This document shows, piece by piece, positions 27,447-35,879 of a stretch of 64,000 nt of DNA. The stretch's first letter is position 1, and each line of letters begins with the position of its first letter. The notes beneath the pieces are model-generated. The model searched no databases, was not told the DNA's origin, and saw only the letters and a program-made list of their open reading frames with translations. The stretch covers positions 92 to 64,091 of the forward strand of contig CAKZRW010000066.1 of NCBI GenBank assembly GCA_937148845.1, read 5' to 3'. Source of the stretch: an uncultured Actinomycetes bacterium (GTDB taxonomy: Bacteria; Actinomycetota; Thermoleophilia; RBG-16-64-13). Made by a program: the position numbers and the translations under genes.

Positions 27447-28142
27447 TTACAGGAAGGGCAGGTCGATTTCCTCGCCCTCGTCCTCGCGTGGCTCTCGGCG
27501 CTTGGTGACGATAGCGAACTCGGGGTCCTTGAGCACGGCCGGCATGCTTCTCCAGAGGCAGACATCAGGCTTGAGATAGCGCGCCTTGATGCGAGGGGTG
27601 CACTCCAGCGTGCAGCCGAGACACAGCTCCGCCTCTACTGCGACCTTCTCGCGACGCGGCCGTTCCCCTTCATCCAGGCGCCGGTAGGCCTCGAGAAGAA
27701 GAGTCTCCACATCGAGCGTCGGGACCACGGCGAAGCGGACCGGCTCACTGGGCAGGACCAGACGGAAGGCCCCGCTGTGCCAGTACATGAGCTGCATCAC
27801 TTGGTCCGTGGCGTGACGGTTGACCAACTCCAAAAGGGTCTCGCGGTCACCCCGGACCTCCTCCAGCAAGACAGCCAGAAGCGGCCGCGAGCCATCGCTC
27901 GTGAACCGCAGGAGACAGTCTTTGAATTGTTCTTCGCTCAAAGCACCCAGGGCTACCAGACGAGCCCCGAAATCCTCATCGCTTTGAGGCAGACTGATGC
28001 CCTCGATCCACCCGTGCAGCAAGTAGATGGCCCCTTGCTCTTCGAAATCCTGGATCTCTAGCACCCCAGACCGCCGCTGCGCGGCCAAGAACTGAAGGAC
28101 GGTCGGAAGTGGGAACTCCTTGATATCACCCCAGAGGATCAT
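27447..28142 (-). CDS. DUF4388 domain protein with a C-terminal Cys cluster
   Basis: N-terminus GDIKEFPLPTVLQFLAAQRRSGVLEI....GAIYLLHG fits DUF4388. The C-terminal part carries CLGCTLEC...C. Confidence 0.6.
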   Translation of the reverse strand: MILWGDIKEFPLPTVLQFLAAQRRSGVLEIQDFEEQGAIYLLHGWIEGISLPQSDEDFGARLVALGALSEEQFKDCLLRFTSDGSRPLLAVLLEEVRGDRETLLELVNRHATDQVMQLMYWHSGAFRLVLPSEPVRFAVVPTLDVETLLLEAYRRLDEGERPRREKVAVEAELCLGCTLECTPRIKARYLKPDVCLWRSMPAVLKDPEFAIVTKRREPREDEGEEIDLPFL

Positions 28143-28327
28143 GCCCAGATTCTAGCGCAAACCCGGGTGCCGATAGAGGCCGGAGTTCCGGCTGGCAGAC
28201 TTCTGACTTGACAGCACGAAAGACGACACCCAAAATACGCTGATGTGCCTGCAGCTCGACATAGAGGCACACGGAACGTTCAACTGGCGACCCGCCCGGG
28301 TCGCCGCGTAATGTATGGGGGGTGCGC

Positions 28328-28612
28328 ATGCTCCATGAACCCGCAAATGTCGTGACAGGAGTCGATGAGGCCGCAGCATACAAGAGGCGCCTCGGTCTTT
28401 GGATGTTGGCCGTCTACAGCGTCCTCTACCTCGTCTTCATCATCATCAATGTGAGCGTGCCCAAGACCATGGGCGTCATGGTGGTGGCAGGGCTGAACCT
28501 CGCGATCATCTACGGCTTTGCGCTAATCGCCATAGCTTTCATTCTGGCCATCATCTACAACTGGCTATGCACTAGGCACGAGAAGTCGTTCGAGACCGAG
28601 GGAAAGGCCTGA
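28328..28612 (+). CDS. yjcH: DUF485 (YjcH-like) small membrane protein
   Basis: Two TM helices, placed immediately upstream of actP as in other bacteria. GGGGGG lies 7 nt before the ATG. Confidence 0.8.
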   Translation: MLHEPANVVTGVDEAAAYKRRLGLWMLAVYSVLYLVFIIINVSVPKTMGVMVVAGLNLAIIYGFALIAIAFILAIIYNWLCTRHEKSFETEGKA

Positions 28613-28613
28613 G

Positions 28614-30587
28614 ATGGGTGAAATCAAGCCTCTCGCGATTGTTCTCTTTCTTGTCATCGTTGGGCTTATGCTCGGCATCTCGTTCTATACAGCACGCAGA
28701 GCCCGGTCCGCGAGTGGTTACTATGCGGCTGGTGGACGTATCCACTGGGGTGTCAACGGCATAGCATTTGCCGGTGACTACCTCTCGGCGGCTTCCTTCC
28801 TCGGCATCTGCGGGATGATCGCCACGGCTGGTTATGACGGGTTCCTGTATTCCATCGGCTATCTGGCAGGCTGGGTGGTAGCTCTATTCGTGGTGGCCGA
28901 GCCGATGCGGCGTTTGGGTCGCTATACCTTCACCGATGCGCTCGACGCCAAGTTCAACAAGCGCGGCCTTAAGTTGATGGCGGCACTAGCCACCTTGATC
29001 GTTTCCATCTTCTACCTGATCCCCCAGATGGTGGGAGCAGGAGTGCTGATCGAACCTCTACTGGGACTACCTTATTGGGCAGGCGTGGTGCTGGTGGGCG
29101 CTATCGTGATCACGATCGTCGCCACCGCGGGTATGACCTCTACCACCTATGTACAATTCATCAAGGGCGCCTTGCTCATTGTTTTCACGCTGGTCATCAC
29201 CGTTGCGTTGTGCGTACGCGGTCTCTCCACCACTCCGGACCAGGGCGGAAGAGTGCCCTTCTACGAGTACAAGACGATCACTGCCACTCAGACAGCAGAA
29301 GGAATCGAGCCTCAAGACCCCAGCTACAAGGCAGTCGATCAGTACGACCTCAAGGTGAAGGACAAGGTCACAACGTTCGTCAAGCTGGAAAAGGATGGCA
29401 TCGCCACCTGGTGGAAGGCAGACATCAAAGATGGCACCATCACCCTGCACGAGACGCAGGAAGTGGTCATCAAAGCAGATGGGACCAAGTGGATCAACGG
29501 GGCTCCCGCCTCAAAGGACAACAAGCTGCGTCTAACAGGGAACCTGAGCAAGATAGCTGGCGAGGAAGATGTCAAGACCGGAGCCCTCAATCCTTTCCGC
29601 TTCCTTGCCCTCATAGGTGACCCCGACAGCACTGTCAACCTTTGGAAGAAGGCCGGCTTCACTCACGCAGGAGAGAGCGTCACCATCTACTACGAACACC
29701 CTGTCCCTGGTGACACGGTGACCCGGCCAGGGCAGATGTTCAAGCTCGAGGGTTCTGCGCTAGACAGAATCGACTTCTTCTCCTTGATGCTCGCCCTTTT
29801 CTTCGGGACTGCAGCGCTCCCGCATATTCTCATCCGCTACTACACCGTTCCCAGTCAGCGAGCGGCCCGTAAGTCCACGGTGGTGGCCATCGCCGCCATC
29901 GGATTCTTCTACATCTTGACCCTCTTCTTAGGGCTGGGGGCAATGGTGAACGCTACAGTCAACCCGGCCGACAACAATATGTCAGCGCCGCTGTTGGCTC
30001 AGTCTTTTGGTACTTTCCTCTTTGCCATGATCTCGGCAATCGCCTTCGCAACCGTGTTGGGTACGGTGAGCGGCCTTATCATCGCGGCGTCAGGCGCAGT
30101 CGCACACGACCTGATGGACCGGTTCGGCGGGCTGATCAAGAACGAACGTCAGAAAGTCATCGCCGGACGAGTCGCCGCCTTCTCTGTTGGGGGAGTGGCG
30201 ATCCTTCTGGGTATCGCCTTCCATGGAGTCAACGTCTCCTTCTTGGTGGGTCTAGCGTTCGCCGTCGCTGCTTCTGCCAATCTCCCCTGTATCCTTATGA
30301 TGCTCTTCTGGAAGCGCACGACTTCCAAGGGCATGATCGCCTCTATAATCGTCGGCATCGTCGTGTCGGTGGGCATCATCCTCTTGTCCCCGACCGCTTG
30401 GGAGCTCTACGGACTGGTGCCAGCTGATGCCCCGATACCCTTCAAGAACCCGGGTATCTTCTCGATCCCGGTCAGCTTCATCACCATCATCCTGGTCTCC
30501 CTACTTACGAAGCCGGACATGGTAGACGAGCACAAGCTGCCCAGCTCTCCTAAGTCAGTACCTGCGCCTGCACCAGCCTCCGAATAG
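28614..30587 (+). CDS. actP: Cation/acetate symporter ActP (SSS family) with a large loop insertion
   Basis: YYAAGG, FAGDYLSAASFLG, GTAALPHILIRYYTV and the SSS topology. 657 aa, versus about 550 as I recall for E. coli ActP. Confidence 0.88.
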   Translation: MGEIKPLAIVLFLVIVGLMLGISFYTARRARSASGYYAAGGRIHWGVNGIAFAGDYLSAASFLGICGMIATAGYDGFLYSIGYLAGWVVALFVVAEPMRRLGRYTFTDALDAKFNKRGLKLMAALATLIVSIFYLIPQMVGAGVLIEPLLGLPYWAGVVLVGAIVITIVATAGMTSTTYVQFIKGALLIVFTLVITVALCVRGLSTTPDQGGRVPFYEYKTITATQTAEGIEPQDPSYKAVDQYDLKVKDKVTTFVKLEKDGIATWWKADIKDGTITLHETQEVVIKADGTKWINGAPASKDNKLRLTGNLSKIAGEEDVKTGALNPFRFLALIGDPDSTVNLWKKAGFTHAGESVTIYYEHPVPGDTVTRPGQMFKLEGSALDRIDFFSLMLALFFGTAALPHILIRYYTVPSQRAARKSTVVAIAAIGFFYILTLFLGLGAMVNATVNPADNNMSAPLLAQSFGTFLFAMISAIAFATVLGTVSGLIIAASGAVAHDLMDRFGGLIKNERQKVIAGRVAAFSVGGVAILLGIAFHGVNVSFLVGLAFAVAASANLPCILMMLFWKRTTSKGMIASIIVGIVVSVGIILLSPTAWELYGLVPADAPIPFKNPGIFSIPVSFITIILVSLLTKPDMVDEHKLPSSPKSVPAPAPASE

Positions 30588-30661
30588 GAAGCGGCCTGGT
30601 GCACGCGTGACCACACCCGAGCCAGCGAGCGCCGGGGTCGGGTGAGGTCACTGGGTAAACA

Positions 30662-30699
30662 AGAAGGCCGGTGCCGGATGAATCCGGCACCGGCCTTCT
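30662..30699. terminator. Bidirectional terminator hairpin between convergent actP and the satP fusion
   Basis: AGAAGGCCGGTGCCGG-loop-CCGGCACCGGCCTTCT, a 16-bp perfect stem flanked by A/T-rich runs. Confidence 0.75.
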
Positions 30700-30717
30700 G
30701 CTGTTCCGACCCGTGGT

Positions 30718-31773
30718 CTAGAAAACGTCCTTGGGACGCAGCGGGTAGCCGGTGTATCCCGCGGTCGCGTAGTACACGGCCCGGTCGAAGAAGCGACCGA
30801 GTTCGCGGTTGAGGTCGACGGCCCGCTGGAGATCCATCGCAGATTCCCACACACCATGGGTACGCGCGGTCATCCAAATCTCCCGCTTGAGAAGAAGAAT
30901 AGCGCTCACAAGCTCCGGCAAAGGCAGACCCTGCGCAGCCCTTGTGGCTCCAAGCTTATGGAAGAAACTCCCAATGTCAGCCTCACTGGGTTTGCCGCTG
31001 AAATACTCTTGCACTTGCTGAAGGGCAAACTCGCTGGCGCCGACCAATTCCTCGTCGCTCACCACACCATAGGAAGGTGTCTGCGGACTCGCCCGCAGCG
31101 CCTCCAACCACATCCTCGCGATTTCCTCGCCATACTCTTGAACGAAATTTCTGGGAAGCTGGCTGATGGGCCCCAAAGGTAGGACGACCCGCTTGTACGT
31201 CTCATTGAGGATCTGAGCCATAGCCGTGTAGATAGCAGCCAAGCCGGTCAATATCCCTTCCCAGCCGGCGATCTTGCCCCAGACAGCGCCTCCACCAAAA
31301 TCACGGACGGCAAGCAGGAAGAACAGGACGGTGAGCAATCCGAAAACGACCTGCAAAGCCCTATTAAGCTTCAGTGTGCCGATAAACATGTATAGGGTGA
31401 AGAGACCCCAAAACACGAAATACCAAGCCAAAGAGGTCTCGGATGGCTTCGCAGCTGCGCCAGCCTCCGAGAACACGGCCGGGAACAGCCAGATGCCAGC
31501 AAGCGTCAGCCAGAAAAGACCATATGAAGTGAAGGCCAGGGTCCCGAAGGTATTATTCTTCTTCCATTCCATGACCCCCGCGATGATTTGAGCCACTCCG
31601 CCGTAGAAGACGCCCATCGCCAAGATCATTGCGTTCAGCTCGTAGAACCCGGCGTTGTGAATGTTCAAGAGCACCGTGGTGAGACCGAATCCCATCAGCC
31701 CCAAAGGTGCCGGGTTGGCGTTGGTATCAAGTAACTTTGCGACCGTCTCGGTCGACACCACTGAATTAGCCAT
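30718..31773 (-). CDS. SatP/YaaH (GPR1/FUN34) acetate-succinate channel fused to an RsbRD_N-like cytoplasmic domain
   Basis: The first ~195 aa align residue by residue with E. coli SatP ([42 protein letters not shown]). An extra ~155 aa has an [23 protein letters not shown]-type motif. Confidence 0.8.
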   Translation of the reverse strand: MANSVVSTETVAKLLDTNANPAPLGLMGFGLTTVLLNIHNAGFYELNAMILAMGVFYGGVAQIIAGVMEWKKNNTFGTLAFTSYGLFWLTLAGIWLFPAVFSEAGAAAKPSETSLAWYFVFWGLFTLYMFIGTLKLNRALQVVFGLLTVLFFLLAVRDFGGGAVWGKIAGWEGILTGLAAIYTAMAQILNETYKRVVLPLGPISQLPRNFVQEYGEEIARMWLEALRASPQTPSYGVVSDEELVGASEFALQQVQEYFSGKPSEADIGSFFHKLGATRAAQGLPLPELVSAILLLKREIWMTARTHGVWESAMDLQRAVDLNRELGRFFDRAVYYATAGYTGYPLRPKDVF

Positions 31774-31986
31774 CTCTCGTCGCTACTCTCCTTCCTTACG
31801 CGGTCAGTTGATACAACACCTACCGCGACCGCTCCCCCCTTTCTAGGTCGCTGTTCCGAGCCGCGCGACACTATACTGGGGCTTGGGTCTGTTGTCCACC
31901 TGATGCCTCAGTTCTTGTAGAATGTCCCGGCATTAGTGAGCGGAAGCATTGACTAACCCAAGTCGGCAAGGTCAGAGGCACAGCAT

Positions 31987-32781
31987 TTGGAAACCGTGCG
32001 TATCGATCTACACTGCCACTCGTCGGCAAGCGACGGTGACCATTCCCCTTCCCATGTCGCCCGCCGCCTGGCTGAGATCGGTGCGATATGGGCCTCACTC
32101 ACGGATCACAACACCGTAGCCGGACAAGACGAGTTCCGCAGGGCATTGTCCCGGTACGGGATCGGATACATTCCGGGGGTCGAAATAGACGCCCGCTCAC
32201 CTCTTGGCCCCTTGCACATCCTGGGTTACAACATCGATATCGGACACCCAGCTTTGCTGACGGCTCTGGAGGCAGTCCGCAAGCCGCTCAGATCGTCATT
32301 CCACCGCTTGCTTGGTCGCTTGCACCCGGCCGCCAAGAATGGCAGAGAGCCTGTGACGGGCTGCGTCCCCGATCCCAGCACGCGGAAAGGTTCTCTTTCC
32401 ACAGCTCGGGCAATCTGCCTCATCCATGAGGCGGGAGGTATTGCTTTCCTGGCCCACCCTCTCGAAAGTCTGGGGACTTTCAAGCGCTTGGAGGAAGCTC
32501 TTGACTTCTTGCAGCCGCAGGGTCTTGACGGTCTGGAGGTCTTTCACCGCTCTTACCCGGAAGGAGTGCGGTTCGCCTTGCTAGCGCTGGCAGTGAGAAG
32601 AGGTCTGATACCTTCTGGAGGTAGCGACTTCCACGGCCTCCATCACTCCGACGGGGCAACACCAGGTGTGGACGTGCCCCGAGGAGAGTGGAACAAGATG
32701 TTGAAACACCTTGTGAGAGAGGAGCTGGCAGTGCCTCGAGTAGCCCTTGACAAGCCGAATCTCTGGTATCGACAGCCATGA
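31987..32781 (+). CDS. PHP-domain phosphoesterase (TrpH/YciV-like)
   Basis: RIDLHCHSSASDG, LTDHNT, PGVEI, FLAHP and GGSDFHG motifs. The start may be the GTG at 31996. Confidence 0.8.
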   Translation: METVRIDLHCHSSASDGDHSPSHVARRLAEIGAIWASLTDHNTVAGQDEFRRALSRYGIGYIPGVEIDARSPLGPLHILGYNIDIGHPALLTALEAVRKPLRSSFHRLLGRLHPAAKNGREPVTGCVPDPSTRKGSLSTARAICLIHEAGGIAFLAHPLESLGTFKRLEEALDFLQPQGLDGLEVFHRSYPEGVRFALLALAVRRGLIPSGGSDFHGLHHSDGATPGVDVPRGEWNKMLKHLVREELAVPRVALDKPNLWYRQP

Positions 32782-32825
32782 GTCGGACTGGACTTCTTAA
32801 ACTCATCTAGACGAAGGAAGGGGCC

Positions 32826-35768
32826 TTGGTGATTACCGAGCAGACTGGTCTGAGCGCTCTGCGCACCACCCGGAGTTTTGTTCTACGTATCGTCTTACCC
32901 GCAGCTCTTGCGGTAGTCCTTTTCGTCTTGGTTACCTTCTTACTCCTCATCCCTGCCGTCGAAGATCAGATGATGGAGGGGAAGAAAGAGACCGTCCAGG
33001 AACTCACACGCTCCGCGATCAGCATCATCAAAGAGTTCTACGCCGACGAGCAGGCGGGGAAACTGTCGCGCGAAGAGGCGCAGGCCGAGGCCGCCCGCCG
33101 AGTAGAACTGCTGCGTTGGGGCGACGAAGCGAAAGACTACTTCTGGATAACCGACATGACTCCGGTCATGATCATGCACCCTTATCTGCCTGAACTCAAC
33201 GGGCAAGACCTCTCCGCTTACCAGGACAAGGCTGGACACCGGCTTTTCGTTGACATGGTCAACGTCGTGAAAGCACAAGGTGCCGGCTATGTGAGCTACT
33301 ACTGGCAGTACAAAGACGACCCTGGTCAGGTCGTAGAGAAGGTCTCTTACGTGGAGAGATTCGCGCCTTGGGACTGGGTGGTCGGTACTGGGATCTACCT
33401 TGACGAGGTGGAAGCCGCCATAGGAGCTGTACGAAGAAACCTGATCTACGCCTCTGTCGCTATCGCCGTCCTCGTGGCCCTTCTCCTTTTCTACAGTAGT
33501 CGGCAAAGCCTAGCGATCGAGAGAAAACGAGCCCTCGCGGAACAAGCGCTCAAAGAATCCCACGAGAAATATCGGGCGCTGGTGGAAGCCGCCACAGAGG
33601 GTCTTCTGATTGTGATCGGGGGAAGGACGACCTACTCCAACAAGCCCCTGGCCGATGCACTGGGGTATCCAGAGAGTGCGCTCGTGGACATGGAGATCAG
33701 TCGCCTTTTCTCAGCCGAAGGCACTGATTCCAAAGCGTTCGAACTGCTCCGCTCCGGGGCAACAGAGGGTATGCCGGCCACCTTTGATGCACGCCTCAGG
33801 ACCAAGGACGGCGAGGCCGTGGACGCTCTGGTCACGTCCACGCCTATCTCCCTGGGAGGCAAAGCCGGCTTCATTCTCCTTGTGAAAACCCTGACATCCC
33901 GCAAGGCGCTGGCTGCCGCCCTGGAGGAGACCCGCAGGCAGTTCCGCGACATGTCTGATGCTCTGACCCTGGGCGTGTTTCGCAGTACCTGGGGCCGCAA
34001 AGCAGCACTCCTTGAGGTCAATCCCGCTGTGCGCTCTATCTTGGGCCTACCGATGGCCGCGGACATCGTGGGTTCTGACTGGCTCGAACGCATCATCGAC
34101 CCGGAGCAAAGGAACGCCTTGGTCGAGACTCTCAACCGAGACAAGACCGTCCAGAACTACCACCTAGGGCTCAGACGCGAGGACGGTAGTCGCGTGGATG
34201 TCTCGCTTTTCGCCGTCCTTGTGGAAGGTGAGGGTGGTCACCCACTCTACCTTGACGGCATCATGGAGGACATTTCGAAGCAGAAGCGCCATGAGCAGGA
34301 ACGCGAGGCCCTCATCGCCCATCTGCAGACCACACTCTTCTTCTTGCGCGAACCCGTATCCCAGGCCATGACACCGGCGCTTACAGTCGACATGAATGAG
34401 AGTGTTGTGCGGACAGCGATCCTCATGAAGAAACGAGGAGTGTCAGCCGCCTATGTGACCGGGCCGGACGGAACCTTGCTCGGCGTGGTGACAGACCATG
34501 ACTTCAGAGAAAGAGTAGTGAGCGAAGGTCTCGAAGCGCACAGTCCTGTTCATCTGATCATGAGCGCACCTCTCATCTCGATACCTGCTAGCGCTCCCAT
34601 ATATGAAGCACTCACCCGGATGCACGAGCGTCACGTCGACCACCTCGCGGTAGTGGACGAAATCGGGAGACTACTGGGTACGGTCCATCTGCGCGATCTG
34701 GCTCACTCGCAACAATCATCCTCGGTCATCATCACCGACTCTATCCGACGGGCACGGAATATCGGGGAGATAGTCGATGCCCATGACCGTCTGCCAGCAT
34801 TGGTAAAAGCGGTCGTGGATTCGGGCGCTGACACGCGGTTCGTAAACCGGATAATCTCCGGCGTCTCCGACGCCGTGGTCGAGCGTCTGGTAGAGATGGC
34901 CATCGAAAGACTGGGGCCCGCTCCGGTACGGTTCGCCTTCCTGGCCCTAGGAAGCGAGGGGCGAGAAGAACAGACCCTACTCACCGACCAGGACAACGCC
35001 ATCATCTATGAAGACCCCGAGCCAGAGCAGGCTAAGGAGGTAGCGGACTACTTCCTCAATCTGGGAACCCTGGTCTGCGACTGGTTGGATCAGGTGGGTT
35101 ATCGTTACTGCGAAGGTGGGATCATGGCGAAAAATGCGCGTTGGAACTTACCACGCGCAGTCTGGAGGCAGCAGTTCTCTCACTGGATCCACAACGCTGA
35201 GGCCAAAGAACTCCTCGAACTCAATATGCTCTTCGACTTCCGCTGTGTGACCGGGGAGGACCACTTGGCCCGAGATCTTCGTAGCTGGGTTTTCGACCAG
35301 ATGGAGGAATACCCACTCTTTTTCCTCCATTTCGCCCAGAATGCTCTCCTTTACAAGCCGCCCCTCACCGTCTTCGGCCAACTGCAGGCTGCGACAGCTA
35401 ATGACGGAAGCAAGACTGTAAGTCTCAAAGAAATGATCATGCCCATTGTCAACTACGCCCGGCTCTATGCCCTGCGTCACCGCATCGACTCCACCAACAC
35501 TCTCGACCGTCTGACCGAGCTGTACCAGCTTGGTGCCCTCAGCCGCGAATCCTACGAGCAGATACTTCCAGACTACGAAGCCGTGATGCGCATTCGTCTA
35601 CACCGCCAGGCGATCGCAATGGAAAAGGGCGAGCAGCCGAGCAACATCGTGGCTTTGGATACCCTGACGTCAGCGGAGAAGGCCAGACTGAAGCGGCTGC
35701 TGTCTTTGTCCAGTGACTTGCGGAAGAAGATCAGCTTCGATTTCCTAGGAGGTATAGCGGGCTTCTGA
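32826..35768 (+). CDS. Membrane Cache-PAS-PAS-CBS pair-DUF294 nucleotidyltransferase protein
   Basis: TM helix, Cache-like ectodomain, TM helix, two PAS-like segments and tandem CBS. These are followed by LGSEGREEQTLLTDQDNAII (DUF294 NTase signature) and a DUF294_C-like helical domain. Confidence 0.8.
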   Translation: MVITEQTGLSALRTTRSFVLRIVLPAALAVVLFVLVTFLLLIPAVEDQMMEGKKETVQELTRSAISIIKEFYADEQAGKLSREEAQAEAARRVELLRWGDEAKDYFWITDMTPVMIMHPYLPELNGQDLSAYQDKAGHRLFVDMVNVVKAQGAGYVSYYWQYKDDPGQVVEKVSYVERFAPWDWVVGTGIYLDEVEAAIGAVRRNLIYASVAIAVLVALLLFYSSRQSLAIERKRALAEQALKESHEKYRALVEAATEGLLIVIGGRTTYSNKPLADALGYPESALVDMEISRLFSAEGTDSKAFELLRSGATEGMPATFDARLRTKDGEAVDALVTSTPISLGGKAGFILLVKTLTSRKALAAALEETRRQFRDMSDALTLGVFRSTWGRKAALLEVNPAVRSILGLPMAADIVGSDWLERIIDPEQRNALVETLNRDKTVQNYHLGLRREDGSRVDVSLFAVLVEGEGGHPLYLDGIMEDISKQKRHEQEREALIAHLQTTLFFLREPVSQAMTPALTVDMNESVVRTAILMKKRGVSAAYVTGPDGTLLGVVTDHDFRERVVSEGLEAHSPVHLIMSAPLISIPASAPIYEALTRMHERHVDHLAVVDEIGRLLGTVHLRDLAHSQQSSSVIITDSIRRARNIGEIVDAHDRLPALVKAVVDSGADTRFVNRIISGVSDAVVERLVEMAIERLGPAPVRFAFLALGSEGREEQTLLTDQDNAIIYEDPEPEQAKEVADYFLNLGTLVCDWLDQVGYRYCEGGIMAKNARWNLPRAVWRQQFSHWIHNAEAKELLELNMLFDFRCVTGEDHLARDLRSWVFDQMEEYPLFFLHFAQNALLYKPPLTVFGQLQAATANDGSKTVSLKEMIMPIVNYARLYALRHRIDSTNTLDRLTELYQLGALSRESYEQILPDYEAVMRIRLHRQAIAMEKGEQPSNIVALDTLTSAEKARLKRLLSLSSDLRKKISFDFLGGIAGF

Positions 35769-35850
35769 GGACTCTCCACTGGGCTCCTCCCGTGACTTAG
35801 GTCCGTGCCTAGGCGACGGGGCCCCGATCCCCACGGCGGGGGTGAAAGAG

Positions 35851-35875
35851 GCGGCCGGCGTTTCACGCCGGCCGC
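35851..35875. terminator. Hairpin between convergent genes
   Basis: GCGGCCGGCGT-TTC-ACGCCGGCCGC, an 11-bp stem with weak U tracts. Confidence 0.55.
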
Positions 35876-35879
35876 TTGC

